A stretch of 63,390 nucleotides of DNA, the filler included, from Sphacelaria rigidula (Eukaryota): the NCBI GenBank assembly GCA_964200075.2. It is 11 parts of 11 records of this genome, joined end to end, with 100 filler letters (N's around TTAATTAATTAA, not from the genome) between each part and the next. Parts side by side here need not be neighbours in the genome. Positions count along the whole stretch, not along the records: positions 5,773 to 11,444 come from CAXNAA020025383.1; positions 11,545 to 17,216 come from CAXNAA020025384.1; positions 17,317 to 22,988 come from CAXNAA020025385.1; positions 23,089 to 28,760 come from CAXNAA020025386.1; 7 more parts are not named here. One strand, given 5' to 3'. Positions 10,318 to 23,273 of the stretch are shown here, in pieces. Numbering within the stretch: the stretch's first letter is position 1; each line of letters opens with the position of its first letter. The notes under the pieces are model-generated. The model did no database searches. It had not been told where the DNA came from and saw only the letters and a list, made by a program, of their open reading frames with translations. Both the position numbers and the translations under genes were made by a program.

Positions 10318-13300
10318 TGGTATTATCATCACCCCTGTGGTGGGACCTACGTCACTACGACACTGGTGAAATACAGAAGATGACAATTAACGAAAACTCC
10401 GAACGGCTTCACGGGGTTGATAGAGAAAGGCTACACGAAAAATCACAGTAGTACATGCGCATGGGATCGTTAACATCTATCGGATTCACGTACACTCCGA
10501 GAGAGTATACATGAAGGAGCATTCACGGCTGCCCATTCTCTGGAAACCCTTCGGCATGCGACGAAATCGCCGACGGACTTTCGGTGGTAGCTCATACTCT
10601 GTGCTGTACATGTCGATAACGGCCTGGGGTTTGATGACCACGACATAACCACCATCAACGTCGATGACATGCGTCTTGCTACTTAATCCCCTGGTGGCGC
10701 AGATGAACCGCCCTGGCTCGAGTGACCACTCGAGTCTGGGGATTATTCATTCTGACGGTCTGCAGTGCTGCTTATGTTTCGTGTTTCCACTCAGCGGTAC
10801 CTCGTATCCCGCCAGATCCCAAACTAAAGAACTTTTCAACATTGAATGATTATTGGTGTGCAGTTTTGAATGTAGGAGTTGGGTGGGTTGATCGATGGGA
10901 GGTACATGTTCAGGTCATGAGGTTGTGTCAGATTGAACCTATATCCGTGCCTCCCCAAGGTATAAACCTGTGCTCATACCTGCAGTCGGGTATATCTATA
11001 ACGGTATACCCTAACCCAGGGTGGGGATATGGGAGGCTTAAAGAGCTCACATAACTGTCGGGTACCAGCACTGGATGAAAGTCTTACAGAAGTAACAGAA
11101 CTTGTCGGGTACGGTATGGGAGGCTTACAGAAAACCGGCACCGGCAATCGGTTATTTCTTCAAGAGCACACCCGCACTCCGGGTACGGGTAAAGTTTTTG
11201 TACAGAACTCATAGACCTGTCGGGTGAGAGTATGGGAGGCTTACATAACTCACATAAACTGTCGGGTAGGGTATGGAGGTTGCACAGAAAACCGCACCCG
11301 CACCCGAGTATCTTATCAAGAGCGTAGCCGTGCCCCCCGGTAACGGTTCGGGAGTCTCACAGATATTACAGGACTATCGGGTGTGCTTCCATGACGATGC
11401 TACTTGACCAGAACCCGAGGGAGGTCATAGTTCCTTGTTTTCCCNNNNNNNNNNNNNNNNNNNNNNNNNNNNNNNNNNNNNNNNNNNNTTAATTAATTAA
11501 NNNNNNNNNNNNNNNNNNNNNNNNNNNNNNNNNNNNNNNNNNNNCCACCAGGCCCAATATTCTCTGGTGAAGTAGCTTGCCACCGAGGCCCTCGATACCC
11601 TTGAGTAGGATATCAACGTGCAGCTGTAAGCACATGGCAGTGATGAGACGACGAAAAGCACGCACGAAATAAAGAATTAGCCCAGTTAAAGCGAATGATC
11701 GAAGCCACTCTCAATCTCACGAAAACCTTGTTTACAGCTTGCAATCTCTTTCTCTGCATACCCACTCCGAATATATGATCCTCCCCAAAATATCGAGACC
11801 CTGTGCAACTCGGGAGGAAGCAGAGATCATGCACGCTTAGAATATGCACAAGACCCTTTTTTTTGTGTCGGGATATGAACTCGTGACTTGTGTGATTGGG
11901 GGGTATTGTATCGGTTCGACTAACGAGGCGCAGCCGTGTCACACGAGAAGTTCCCGGCTGCGCCCAATTTTGGGTATTCTCGGCCGAAATTTTACCAGGA
12001 TCTCCTGCACGCGAGTACGCACGACATGCAAGAGGATGCCGCTTCATCTCTGTCATCTCACGGAGTTACAGCATATTTCTTTTTCTTGCTGAAAATTCAA
12101 GCCGCTCCAACTTTCCGCTTTTTTTCGTTCATTCCTGGCATCTTCTTACATGTTGCGCGTGTTGATGGTCAAAATGTTGTGCCAAAATTTCAGCGCCCAA
12201 CTCTTCGAATGACGAACAGGCGGGCCCGAAAACATGTAAAAATCACTGTCGGCTGGCCCAGCTCGTAAACAATTGGACGAAGCGTACTTGACATCGCTTC
12301 AGTACACAGCTTGTATCCAACATGGACTATTGAGTGCCGTGGTGGCTTTCGGACAGGAAGACGAGGCTGGTCGGCAAAAGCATCAGCTCCAAATTATTCG
12401 AGCGAACAGACTATCCAGCAGAGTCTACGGTACTGGACTGATGACATAGTACAGAGGGCACTTATCGCTCTGCGTCTTGACCGTCACAGGCGGTGGGATT
12501 CGCCATCATAGTTGGCATATGTATAATACTCACGTACGTACTGTCTGGGTGAGCGGCCTCGCGTTGCTATCTTCTCGGCCCCCACCTGTACCTCTCCCGT
12601 CTATTAATTGTTTTGTCCAGTTATGTAATACTACTATTTTACAACAACCTGATCGGCTCGGCCGTGTCCATTGATCGACTTCCCCGGCCGTGTCCATCGA
12701 TCCGCGCGTACGGATCACGAATCGGGGAACACAAATTAGTACGCAGAAAATGTGGTACCAGCAACCATCTACGGTGCAAGATCAAGCAAAATGTCACCGT
12801 CAAGTGCAGTACGAGGCCAAGAGAGTGTGGATTCGCCAGCAAAAGCCGCGCACGACGAAATCGCCGCTGGTACCATGTTGCCTGTGGTGAACATTTCGAC
12901 CGCATCTTTTACGCCCAAAAACTGTGCACGTAGTTGGCGATATCTACGGTGTGATGGCCAACTGAGACAAACGCAACATGCGCTGTGTAGCGACTAGAGC
13001 CTGGTATAGATATACCCCTGGCCTATATATACCCCCCTATACTATATGATATTTCATATACCTTAGTCATGTTTTTTCGGAGGGTATATGATATGAAATG
13101 ATATTTTTTATGACTTTATATCATATACCCTATATGGAGCTTTTTCAGCAAAATGTGACTAGAGGGGTATATGATATATGGTATATGATATATAGCCCTA
13201 TATTGGGTGATATATAGGCCTATATTGGGTGATATATAGGCCTATATCGGGTGATATATAGCTATATCAGATTATACTGGACAATTTGATGACTATATCA

Positions 13301-13581
13301 GGTGATCTACAGTGTATATATGACTGCATTACGTGATGCATGTAAGATATCGGCTTATATCGGTGCAATGTGCTATACAGTGCGCGATAACTGGGACCAC
13401 CTACGGTACACAAAAGGGGACGCGCACGTCTGCCAGACTTTTATTACGAGTACTGAGGTGAAGTTTTGACGCGATGAGCGACGCCCAGGCACCTTCATCC
13501 CCGGCTACAGGTGAGTCGCAGCAGCAGTCGCCTTCGACTGCGCCCACCCCCAACACCGCCCCCAGGCCGTCTTCGACCACT

Positions 13582-13928
13582 GCCCCGGTGGCTCAGTTGG
13601 TAACCTCGTAATCTTCTGACGGTCAAGTTGTGGGGTTCGATTCCCAGAGCAATCTGGGATTTTTTCTTACACCATGCCCAACAGTGGAGAGCGACTATAT
13701 CGTGGGTACACAAAATTCGACTTAGCGGTCGACGAGGGAAAGGGGCTGCTGAATCCCTCTTTAGATAAAAAATAAAAAGGTAAGCACCGCAGAAGGAGGG
13801 TGTGGGGTACTGAAAACAAATAAAAAAGAAAAAGCTCCTGTGTTGACCTTCCTCCTGTGTGACCCCGGCCGGTGTGCCCATATGTACCGAAAGGGGTAGA
13901 CTGGCGCCCAAAATAAATGGGACAACAC
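13582..13928 (+). mobile_element. tRNA-derived SINE, full length
   Basis: A box TGGCTCAGTTGG (13589-13600) and B box GGTTCGATTCC (13634-13644); body ends cctcctgtgtgaccccggc..aaatgggacaacac; further copies in three contigs. Confidence 0.85.
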
Positions 13929-14530
13929 TGCCAAAACCGCAAGGATCGGCACGTGCTTCTCGTAACGAGTGGGGGGCGGGATGCAGCTAGCGGGTGGCGT
14001 GAAATTCATTTTCTCGGGGTTTCGGAGTAGTGCAACTCCGTGCCAGGCGAATCGAGCTTCCAATGTGTTTTTTCCCTTACACCTGAACCTTCGATGTTTT
14101 GAGTTGCTGCAGTTTTTCTTGCATTGGTTTGATTTTTCGGTCGGGCTTCGTCCGGTTGCAGTCGGTCGAAGGACTATTGTATCATAATAGCCACCTGACC
14201 TGTGATATGCCCTGAAGGTCGGAAGTCGGAGGGATCACGTATGGGGCGCCAGCAATAATAAAAAAGGAACATGAATATTCTTATGATACATGTCAATGTC
14301 GTTATTGATCGCAATGCTACTGCTGCCTGCACGTCTGCACTTCACCACATATGTAAATATAACCTCGGAGCAGGTGCGTTTGGTGGAGTCACCAATACAA
14401 TTGCCACACTGGGCACAGTTCCCAACCAACGACAGGTACATAGATGCGAGAATATCACTGGAAAACGCGACATATATTTTATATGCAGGGACCATATTAC
14501 ATGTAATGCACCACATTATATTGTTCCATA

Positions 14531-14959
14531 TAAACACGGGGTCTTACAAATTGGGGATGAGAACCCGGAGGATTAAAATATTCGTATCTACACTAAATCT
14601 TCGAAATATGGTTCCATTTCTTCACCTACTGATAGCCATTGAAAATTGCTTATAGCCATAGAAGTTTGGATTGCGGTCACCGAAATGTTGGGGTCCTGGG
14701 TGAAAAAACAACTTAGGGGAATTCAGGGCGTCCGAACAGACGCCAAAATGGTTCCGAAATTGGTTTTTCACCTACGACCCCAACAGTTCGGTGATGTAGA
14801 TCCAAATTTCTATGGCGTATGGCAGTTATCAATAGCTATCTGTAGGTGAAGAAATGGAACCATATTTCGAAGATTTGGTGTGGATACGAATGTTTTAATT
14901 CTCCGGGTTTCTCATCCCCAATACAAGATCCATCCCCAATATGTAAGATCCCGTGTTTA
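14531..14959. mobile_element. MITE with ~110-bp TIRs flanked by TA
   Basis: ta|taaacacggggtcttacaaattggggatgagaacccggagg.. versus ..catccccaatatgtaagatcccgtgttta|ta; a related TIR segment lies at 1-55. Confidence 0.85.
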
Positions 14960-15298
14960 TAGGTTAAATAGCAGGTTATTTCACCATCATACAGGTCAGA
15001 TGCTGCCAGGTTATACACGTCACACAGCCAGAAATCACGTGATATAATATATATATAGTATATATAGTATATATAGTGTCAAAGGGACGACAACACATAG
15101 TGTATATACCCCTATATATCAGATTCAAAGCGATATATGGAAAAATGGGGGGTATATGAACATGACTACGAATATATAAACTTTTATGACATATCACCTT
15201 TTTCGGGAGGAGTATATATAGATACACTATATCTCGAAAAGTTGATATGATACCAGGCTCTACCAACAGCAGTGGAGAGCGACCATGTCCAAAATATA

Positions 15299-16871
15299 TA
15301 TATGTGCACTCGGGTGCGCACCATCCTGCACTCTCGGATAATGGCAAAACACGTGCGACTGGCCTGTGCCGCATGACCACCTCGACCGTGGAGACTTGGA
15401 ACTTGGATCACACTTTCAATCGGAGCCAGCATAACCAACGCGGAAAACAGCCAGTAGTACAGCAGTATCACGACGTCGCACTCTCTCTCATCTCTCACTA
15501 CTCATCGCGTGGTCGAGTCTGCTCGACTTCCCACTACCAGCTCGAACATGGAAAAAATGCTGTATGTGTGTGTGTATAGCCGGTCGCCCCAGTGGCTCAG
15601 TTGGTAACCTCAAAACCTTGTGACGGTTGGAAAGGGACTGCTGAATTCCTCTCCCCATAAAAAAATAAAGGCAGGCACCGCAAAAGGAAGGTGGGGTACT
15701 AAAAACACATGAAAAAGAAAAATATCCTGTGTTGATCATCCTCCTGTGTGACCCCGGCTGGCGCGCCCACATACCGAAAGTTGTAGACCGGCGTCCAGAA
15801 TAGATGGGACGACAACACACACAAACAAACATACACACACCAAGTATAAAATGAAAAGAGGTGCCGCTCCGTGTAACCAGAGAGGCACAGAAAACCCAAG
15901 GTAGAGAGAGCGGCCTGTACCGGAACAGACAGCATCATGATGACTATATTATGTGCCCATATTTGTTACTTGTGTCGAGTGTCTCGGTACCACCGTCTAT
16001 GTGCACCGTACCCCCTCCACAGCATCCGCCCGCTGTTTGAAATAACATGGAGAACGTGTCATTCCAGCGATGGGTCCTCTCTTTCGTCGGGGCATAATTT
16101 TCACTTGAAAAATGTCCACCCTGGCGGTCAAGGGGTTGAAGTTAACAGCTGACCGCAGAAAGGGGTCACGCTACCCGGGGGGTTGGCGAAATGTGATCCT
16201 TCAGTGATGCTCATAGATGAAGGGAGGGATGCAGCCGGAGGGGGGAAGAGAATAGGAAGACACCGCACTGTACTGTCTGTACAGCATTGTACAATGCTTT
16301 GTTTTTTAGTTGGGCTTTCGTGTACCTACATTGACAATGTACCCTCCTGTTTGTAGTTTATCACTCATTTTATTCTTGTAGAGACGGTACGGTGCACATA
16401 TGGCGGTATCGATAGACTCAACACAAGTAACAGACACCGGCACATAGTATGGTCGTCACAATGTTTTCTGTTCCGGTACACGCCGCTCCCTCTACCTTGG
16501 GTTTTCTGTGCCTCTCTGGGTACACAGATCGGCAACTCTTTTCCCTCTTTCCTTGGTCGGTGTGCATCATACACGGATGGGAGGTGAGCGAGCATAAAAT
16601 TTTGAGCTTTGAGATAATCAACACAGAGCACTTTATTCATGTTCGAGCTGGCAGTGGGAAGTCGAGCAGACTCCACCACGCGATCAGTAGTGAGAGATGG
16701 GAGAGAGTGCGACATCGTCATACTGCTGTACTACTGACTGTACTCCGCGTTGCTTGTGCTGGCTCCGATTGAAAGTGTGATCCAAGTTCCCAAGTCTCCA
16801 CGGTCGAGGTGGTCATGCGTGGCACAGGCCAGCCGCACGTGTTGTGCCATCATCACCCGGGTGCACATATA
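15299..16871. mobile_element. Foldback element with long (~430 bp) inverted arms; left arm interrupted by a SINE
   Basis: 15300-15570 is the reverse complement of 16625-16870, and 15850-16012 of 16385-16550; ends tatatgtgcac / gtgcacatata. Confidence 0.85.
15582..15842 (+). mobile_element. tRNA-derived SINE copy with internal deletion and (AC)n tail
   Basis: Same A-box head and 3' body as 13582-13928 but lacks the B-box region. Confidence 0.85.
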
Positions 16872-17161
16872 ATCCCCATCTGATAGGTGGTAATTTCAAC
16901 CATCGTCGAAAACATTTGAAGATGATTGAAATCACGGCCTATCAGATCGGGGGTTTTGCTTTCCACCGCACGATTTCGATCGAAAACTCATGTGCTAAGA
17001 CACGCCCTGAGGAGGCCCTTGATATCCCCGAGTAGGAGATCGAGGTGTAGCTATATAAGCACACGCCAGTGATCGAGGCAAAGAAAAACGCACAAGGAAT
17101 GAAAAAATGGCTGATTTGAAGGGAATGATCAAATCCACTCTCAATCAGCGCTTCACGTACC

Positions 17162-17216
17162 GGTCGCCCCGGTGGCTCAGTTGGTAACCTCGAAACCTTC
17201 TCGCGGTTGGGTCGTG
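17162..17216 (+). mobile_element. SINE 5' end truncated by the contig end
   Basis: ggtcgccccggtggctcagttggtaacctcg matches the SINE head. Confidence 0.8.
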
Positions 17217-18334
17217 NNNNNNNNNNNNNNNNNNNNNNNNNNNNNNNNNNNNNNNNNNNNTTAATTAATTAANNNNNNNNNNNNNNNNNNNNNNNNNNNN
17301 NNNNNNNNNNNNNNNNGCAAAACAAATTTGGACAACCTTTGAGAAACTAAGAAATTACGGATTCTGCATACTTCTGACGCTGACTACTGTACACCATAAA
17401 CGATGACAGGTCGAAACGAATACTTGGTTTCAGTGTACATTCATATTACATCCGCATATTGGGGGGGGCGACAGGACAGTAACCTCAGGTGCCTGCCCAG
17501 GTGCACGCCGGGCGCCGATTATGCTTCTCTGCTCCAATCAGCGCCCACGCCTACGGCGCAGAATTGTGAGCTCTGCCACCGCACACTTACGGTACAGCTC
17601 CACACACAGCTCTTGCTCGAGAGTTCTCGGTATGCCCAGGTTTCCGGTTTGGGATGGGATTAGCCTTAAAGCACTTCCGCGGTCATCAAGGCCAAATTCT
17701 CGCGGGCCCAATCATGACTAAAATCGAGCGTGAAAGCGTATGCCGACTCCAAATTCGACCCAGACGCCGTATCCGACGTGCCTTTTTGCGGTACTAACCC
17801 TCCTTCACGGGAAAATGATCACTCCGCATTCGACATCAGCCAATTCGAAACTAGCATTGATGTTATCCAATTTGAAGGGGTAGAAAAAACTTGCGGCCGA
17901 AATGGGTAAAAAATCCGGCTTTGCAGACGCCAACTGAGGTTTCAGCGCTTGGACCGACGGCTCCTGACAAATTCATTTGAATGTAGAGTACTATTAAGCG
18001 GGCAAAGGTTGAGCCGCATTTTTTCCGGCTGTTTCACTTGAAAAAAATCACAAGAAGTTGAAACATGAATGAGTACATCGCGCGTGCGATTGTAACAAAA
18101 ACATCTGCTCTGCAGTCATGGAATCTCATGTGGAGATTGAGTCCATCGTTTTTTCAGGGATGGGAAATAGCCGTTTCCGAGGGCGTTATCCACCGCGTTT
18201 GCCTGTCGCGAACGAACTTTGGTGCCCTTGACTATCCGATCGACACATGGTAAGGGCATCGATGTATTGATACCTCTCATCCTCTCATGCGTTTAGAAGA
18301 TTCATGGAGTCCGCTGGTGAACGGCAAATAGCGC

Positions 18335-18630
18335 CCCCTCCCCCCGCCCAGATCCTGGTTCGGCGAGGACACGGCGTGCTCCGTCCCAGCTTTGTAGGGA
18401 TGCGAGGTCAATGGTCATATGACCATAGCCTGCAAGATCATGAGTACACCTCCCTGCTCCACGATGGCTATACTAGGAGATATATGGTGATGCCATGTGA
18501 CTACGGCATGCAAGATCATGAGTACACACCTCCCCCCTCCCCCCGTGAGTGCTGCGGTTCTCCGTCTCGAAAGGGATGCGTGGTCAATGGTCAAATGACT
18601 AAGGCAAGCAACGAATGAGTACGCCCCCCG
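18335..18630 (-). repeat. Dispersed repeat family with G-tract/GTACTCAT heads; related pieces at ~5865-6185, 21290-21470, 41345-41420, 57740-57850 and 58555-58712
   Basis: Shared motifs gggggcgtactcatttgttgcttgccttagtc..gaccacgcatccc and ttctggtatcgccacttccagag..cacactgcctc occur in several contigs. Confidence 0.75.
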
Positions 18631-19479
18631 TGAGTGCACTTGAAGGAAGGGTATGCTCATCTCACTCTCAGGGAAGGAGGAAGGGTTATCTCGACTCATG
18701 AGTAGGCTGTGCATGTTCTAGTGACCACTTGTTTGTTCAGGGGCATCACCGTTCTTACCCAACAGGCTCTTGTCTGGCGTTAGATTACAACCCCGGCGCG
18801 TACGTGGAGAGGGAATGACTATCTTCGTCGTGGCGTCTGTAGTCCCGTTGAGAAACAAGGTGCCCCTCTAGTTAGAGTAGCTTATAGACTGTATATCGGC
18901 ACCGGTCACACGCTCAGATTTTTTGTCCGATCTCAAATCGCTAACGCGTCAGATAACAACCCTTTCCCGCTGCGAGCTTAGAGGAGGGAACGTTTTGATA
19001 ATGCCCCCCGAAAAAAGGATGGGGGACGGGAGGAGTCATCAAGATAAAGCGTAGGGTGAATACGTTATGACAATGCTTCCGTCGTGTTAGGGGGAATCCC
19101 CATTTGCATTCACCAAGCCTTCATGGTAAATCACAACCCCACCGCATACGAGCAGTATATTCCCCAGAGATGTATGTCGTCCCGGTAAGGGGAGAAGAAG
19201 GTATCAATAGTGGGGGGTAGGTCGTACGTTTTCCACTAGCCGGTCACGTGTTCAGATTCATCGTTATCCGGCCGTAAATGGCTTGAACGTGGGATAACAC
19301 CCCCTTTGCGCAAAAATCAATGCGGGAGGAGATGCGTCGATGTTGTCCTCGGCAAAGGGGGTGGGCGGAAGAAGAGGTAATGAAGCAGTAGGATGGGGTC
19401 AACACGTTCTGACTATACCTCCCGCGTGTTGAGGGGGTGTGGCAATTCTCATGTAAATGCTTATGCAACGAGCCAAAAT

Positions 19480-20980
19480 GTAGATGACACCCCCCATCGT
19501 GTTTGAGGAGAGGATACAGCGATTTTACCTTCAGGCGGTGAGAAATAGGGGTCTGCATGAAAAACGGAAGACTGAATACCCGGCGGGACAGTTTCACTTA
19601 GTGACTACCAATCAGATCGCTTCATTCTGCTTGGGAAGTACCTGGAGGGTAGATTAAAACCTGGTGTTCGTGCAGTCTCGCCTGACGGCCACACTTACAG
19701 CAGCAGTGCTCGTGCCATCGCGGTTCCCGACAAATAAGGAATATCAAGCTTATCAAATAGCACGTTAAAGAGGAAGGCTGGGTAGGCGATTTGCGGGGTC
19801 AACCACCAAGAAAGTCGGCGTCATGAAACCGAACCTCAGGGACAATGTCGGCCGAACCTCGGGCGACGGGGTACAATCGGCTCCATGATCGACTTTACCC
19901 GAAGCAGCTTCTGGAGACCCCAGGACAACTTCAACATCAGGTGGGAGAGAAAAAGAGGAGCAGCAGAAGAAGTAGAAGCTGTTGCTAATGATGTGAGGTG
20001 CGTTCCGCTGATGCCGAAGAGCGAGGCGACAGGCATGGGTGCAGCGAAATAGTGTCAAACGACGAGGGAGAAGCCAAACTACTGTCTTCTGCTCTTTGCA
20101 CTTAAAGGAGGCAATGCTTTGTACGGTGAAAATCCATAGGACGGCTACCGTCGCACTGCTCGTTGCCGCTGCCACCGGGGTCGACTTCAGACCCACTTGG
20201 CAGCGGCAACGAGCAGTGCGACGGCGGCCGTCCTACGGTATGATTCACAGTACGAAATATTCCTTCCTTATAGTGCAAGGAGCAAAATACAGCGGCTCGG
20301 CTACCGTCCTCGCTGTATGAAGTCCTGAGGCCACACCTTGCCAATCGCATCGCTTGTACGCAGCTTCGGAGTACACCGCCAATGTGCCCACATCATCAGC
20401 AAAAACTTCTACTCCAATTCCTCCTCTTTCCGTCATTTCAGCAGCACTCGTGCCAACCGCTGCAAGATTTCCAGACACATTCCCACCGTTGTCTCCTTGT
20501 CCTTGCCCTCCTGTTCTCCAACCTGTCTTGAGGTCTCCAGGAGCTGCTGCTCGACTGAACTGGTTTTTATGGCGCCGACTTCGTAAGTAGTTGGCCCCTC
20601 AGGTCGCCCACCCAGCCTTCCTCTTCGACGTGCTGTTAGAGCTGGGTAACACCACTTATTTCCGGGGCGATTGCTAGGACACGAGCATTGCTGCGGCACT
20701 TAATTTAGCTGGCGCTGTGCGTTGGGGAACTGTAAGTGTGTCTTGTATGTTGGAATATGCGAGTGTGGGCGTGATTGGCCATGAGGTGAGACCGCACGAA
20801 CATTGGGTTTCATAGTACTCTCCACGCACTTCCCAGGGAAAATGGAGCGATCTGATCGGTAGTTACCGAGGAGTACTGTTCCGCTGGCTTTTCAGTCTGC
20901 CTACCCCTATTCGGTCGCCGAATCCATGGTTGCAGTATATCCTCTGGCTATATCAAAACCCCAGGGGGCACATCCGCGAT
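19480..20980. repeat. ~1.5-kb diverged palindrome centred near 20186
   Basis: Near-perfect core ccgtcgcactgctcgttgccgctgcca / tggcagcggcaacgagcagtgcgacgg with ~23-nt loop; outer matches such as aagaggaaggctgggt (19769 vs 20611-20626 rc) and atcagatcgc (19611 vs 20847-20856 rc). Confidence 0.8.
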
Positions 20981-21523
20981 CAGCCACGCTTTTGAGAATT
21001 TCGAGTTGAACGCACTCGAAAACTCAATGAAAGAGGAAAGTTTGATAGATAGCGCAAAAAATAAATGGTATACAAACAACATTGGTCAGCTTGGAAAAGG
21101 GGCGCGGGGTGAATGAAGGCGCAAGGGACAAAAAATAGCCGTCCCTGGGGAGAGGGTTCATAGCGTGGGTTTGGGGGCGGTATCCACCGTTTTGATGCAT
21201 AGCTTGCGAATGGCAGTTTTTGAACACAGTGAAAGCATTTTCAGGACCTTTGACGAGTAAAAGGGGAGAGGCGGCGGCGGCAGGGGGGGAGTGGGGGGGG
21301 GAGTACTCATGATCATGTATGTGATAAGTCATGAGACTGTTGATCTCGCATCCCTACGAAGCCGGGACGGAGCATGGCAGCCTGCCATGAGTTGTTTTAT
21401 TTTCTGGTATCGCCACTTCCAGAGGCAGCCACGGCTTTTACACTGCCTCATGGGTGTCTCACCCTACAAACACTAGGTCGTACAGGCTGGTTCACGCCTA
21501 TCACCCAAAAAACACTCATAGGT

Positions 21524-21776
21524 AAAACTTCACGCCGTTTCAAGGAGTTAGACCCTGAAATTTTGCACGAATGTGTGACGAGTCGTCACGCAACTTGGCT
21601 GGAACGGTTTTTCGGGGGTTCCAGTTATGTTTGGGGAAACCACGACCCAATCGGACCCCCGTTAAACGGTACCAAAAAAAATTCAAAGAACCCCGTTCCT
21701 GCAAAGTTGCGTAATGACCCATGGAACATTCGTGCAAAATTTCAGGGTCTAACTCCTTGAATCGGCGTGAAGTTTT
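21524..21776. mobile_element. Palindromic MITE-like repeat; the right arm recurs at ~22040-22250
   Basis: aaaacttcacgccgtttcaaggagttagaccctgaaattttgcacgaatg versus cattcgtgcaaaatttcagggtctaactccttgaatcggcgtgaagtttt. Confidence 0.8.
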
Positions 21777-23273
21777 TGGCTTTTGTGCGGTGAACTTTGC
21801 CGTACCGCGGTGAAACCGCAAACTACTTGATTTTAGACCAAAACGGCGTTTTTGGGCCTTCTTTGACGTGAGCATGGAAATTCAAGCATCAGTTGATCGA
21901 GTTTTGCGACGAAAAATTGTGGAGCCCATCCTCATCTTGTGCGGAGGCAGATAGTTTGCGAACAAATGAAAAATATATGTCATAGTACCGTTTTTCTGGG
22001 GTCCCAGACTGGAGACTACTTCGAAAAACGACTTCGATCCCATCGGACCCCCGAAAAACGGTGAAAAACTCAAGAAGTACAAAAACCATCGCCCGTGGCA
22101 AGTTGCGTAATTATACATAGCATATTTATGCAAAGGTTCAGGGTCTAACTGCTGATGACGGCGTCAAAGTTTGCGCGTTTGTGGAGGACGTGGGCTTGAA
22201 ACGTCCAACTCTAAACTACTTGGTTTTAGTACGGAAACGTCTTTTGGGGTGAATTTGACGTCAAGGCAAAAAAACTGTATCAAGTTTTCGAGTTTCTCCA
22301 CCAAACTTTGTATATGTGTTCCTTGGACTCTCCCGGGACGCATCATTTCATTATTTTTCTTCTAGGGCATTCTGAACCGCCTTCCGGGGGTCTTCATGCT
22401 GGAACCCCCGGAAGCCGGTACAGAACGGAGAAAACATGATATACTGTCAAGAATACAATCTTTTCATCTCGAGCATCAACACCTACGGAACTGTCGAGTT
22501 TGAGGGCGATCTGAGCTTTTCTACAACAGATATAGGGGACACCGTCACGAGGCTCCCTGGGTCTTTAGTGCTTATCATTGGTGGAAATTAGACAACACCC
22601 GACATCACCGAAACATCACGGTTTCGGGTATAATTCGACCCCCGTAGTACCCGTTTCAACAAGTTGATTTTCTCGTTAGATTCCTGTGTCGATGACGGTT
22701 ACTATAATTTGAAGCATGTAGAAATTGGGTGAAAATTGGGCTTGGTATTCGTAATTTAGATCTCGGAACAGTATGAAGAGCGCTGATTGACTGAGACACA
22801 TTTTCGTCCATAGCGCCACCGCTACGGCCTTGAACAAAAATCTGGCTGCCACCCTCTTTGTCTCTTCATTGCGGTCAGTATAATACCATATATGCGGCTA
22901 ATGGGTGTGTGTTGTTGTTGTTGTTGTTTTTGTTGTCTTCACATTTAAAAGTCGTTCCGGTATCTGCGCAGTGCTGTACTGGGCATCTNNNNNNNNNNNN
23001 NNNNNNNNNNNNNNNNNNNNNNNNNNNNNNNNTTAATTAATTAANNNNNNNNNNNNNNNNNNNNNNNNNNNNNNNNNNNNNNNNNNNNTCCTTTCAATTC
23101 CCCCCCCCCCCTCCTTTCTGCGGGCTTTTGTTTTTCTTTGTCATCATTTTTTTTGTCTTTCTTTTTTTTGGTGCCTGAAGTCGGTCCTTTTTTTTGTTCG
23201 CTAGATCGGTCTTTGTTTTCCCACTAATCAACATACATACTGCTTTTGGACGCTTGTGTCGTTCGACGCCTCT

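Larger units (their letters stand above)
12995..15262. mobile_element. Putative non-autonomous hAT-like element with TA-rich subterminal regions, containing a nested SINE and MITE
   Basis: Perfect 12-bp TIR tagagcctggta / taccaggctcta; (TA)-rich repeats at ~13005-13330 and ~15040-15250; no 8-bp TSD seen. Confidence 0.55.

Noticed and set aside
13582..13655. Possible tRNA gene
   Set aside because: No valid cloverleaf; continues into a repeated SINE body
17455..17552. Weak tRNA-like 3' end on the minus strand (gaggttactgtcctgtcgccccccc)
   Set aside because: No TTC T-loop and no stems
20039..20350. VFCSLHxKE and RRPSYG peptides resembling EsV-1-7 repeats
   Set aside because: They appear on both strands because the DNA is a palindrome; motif order and the Cys pair do not fit
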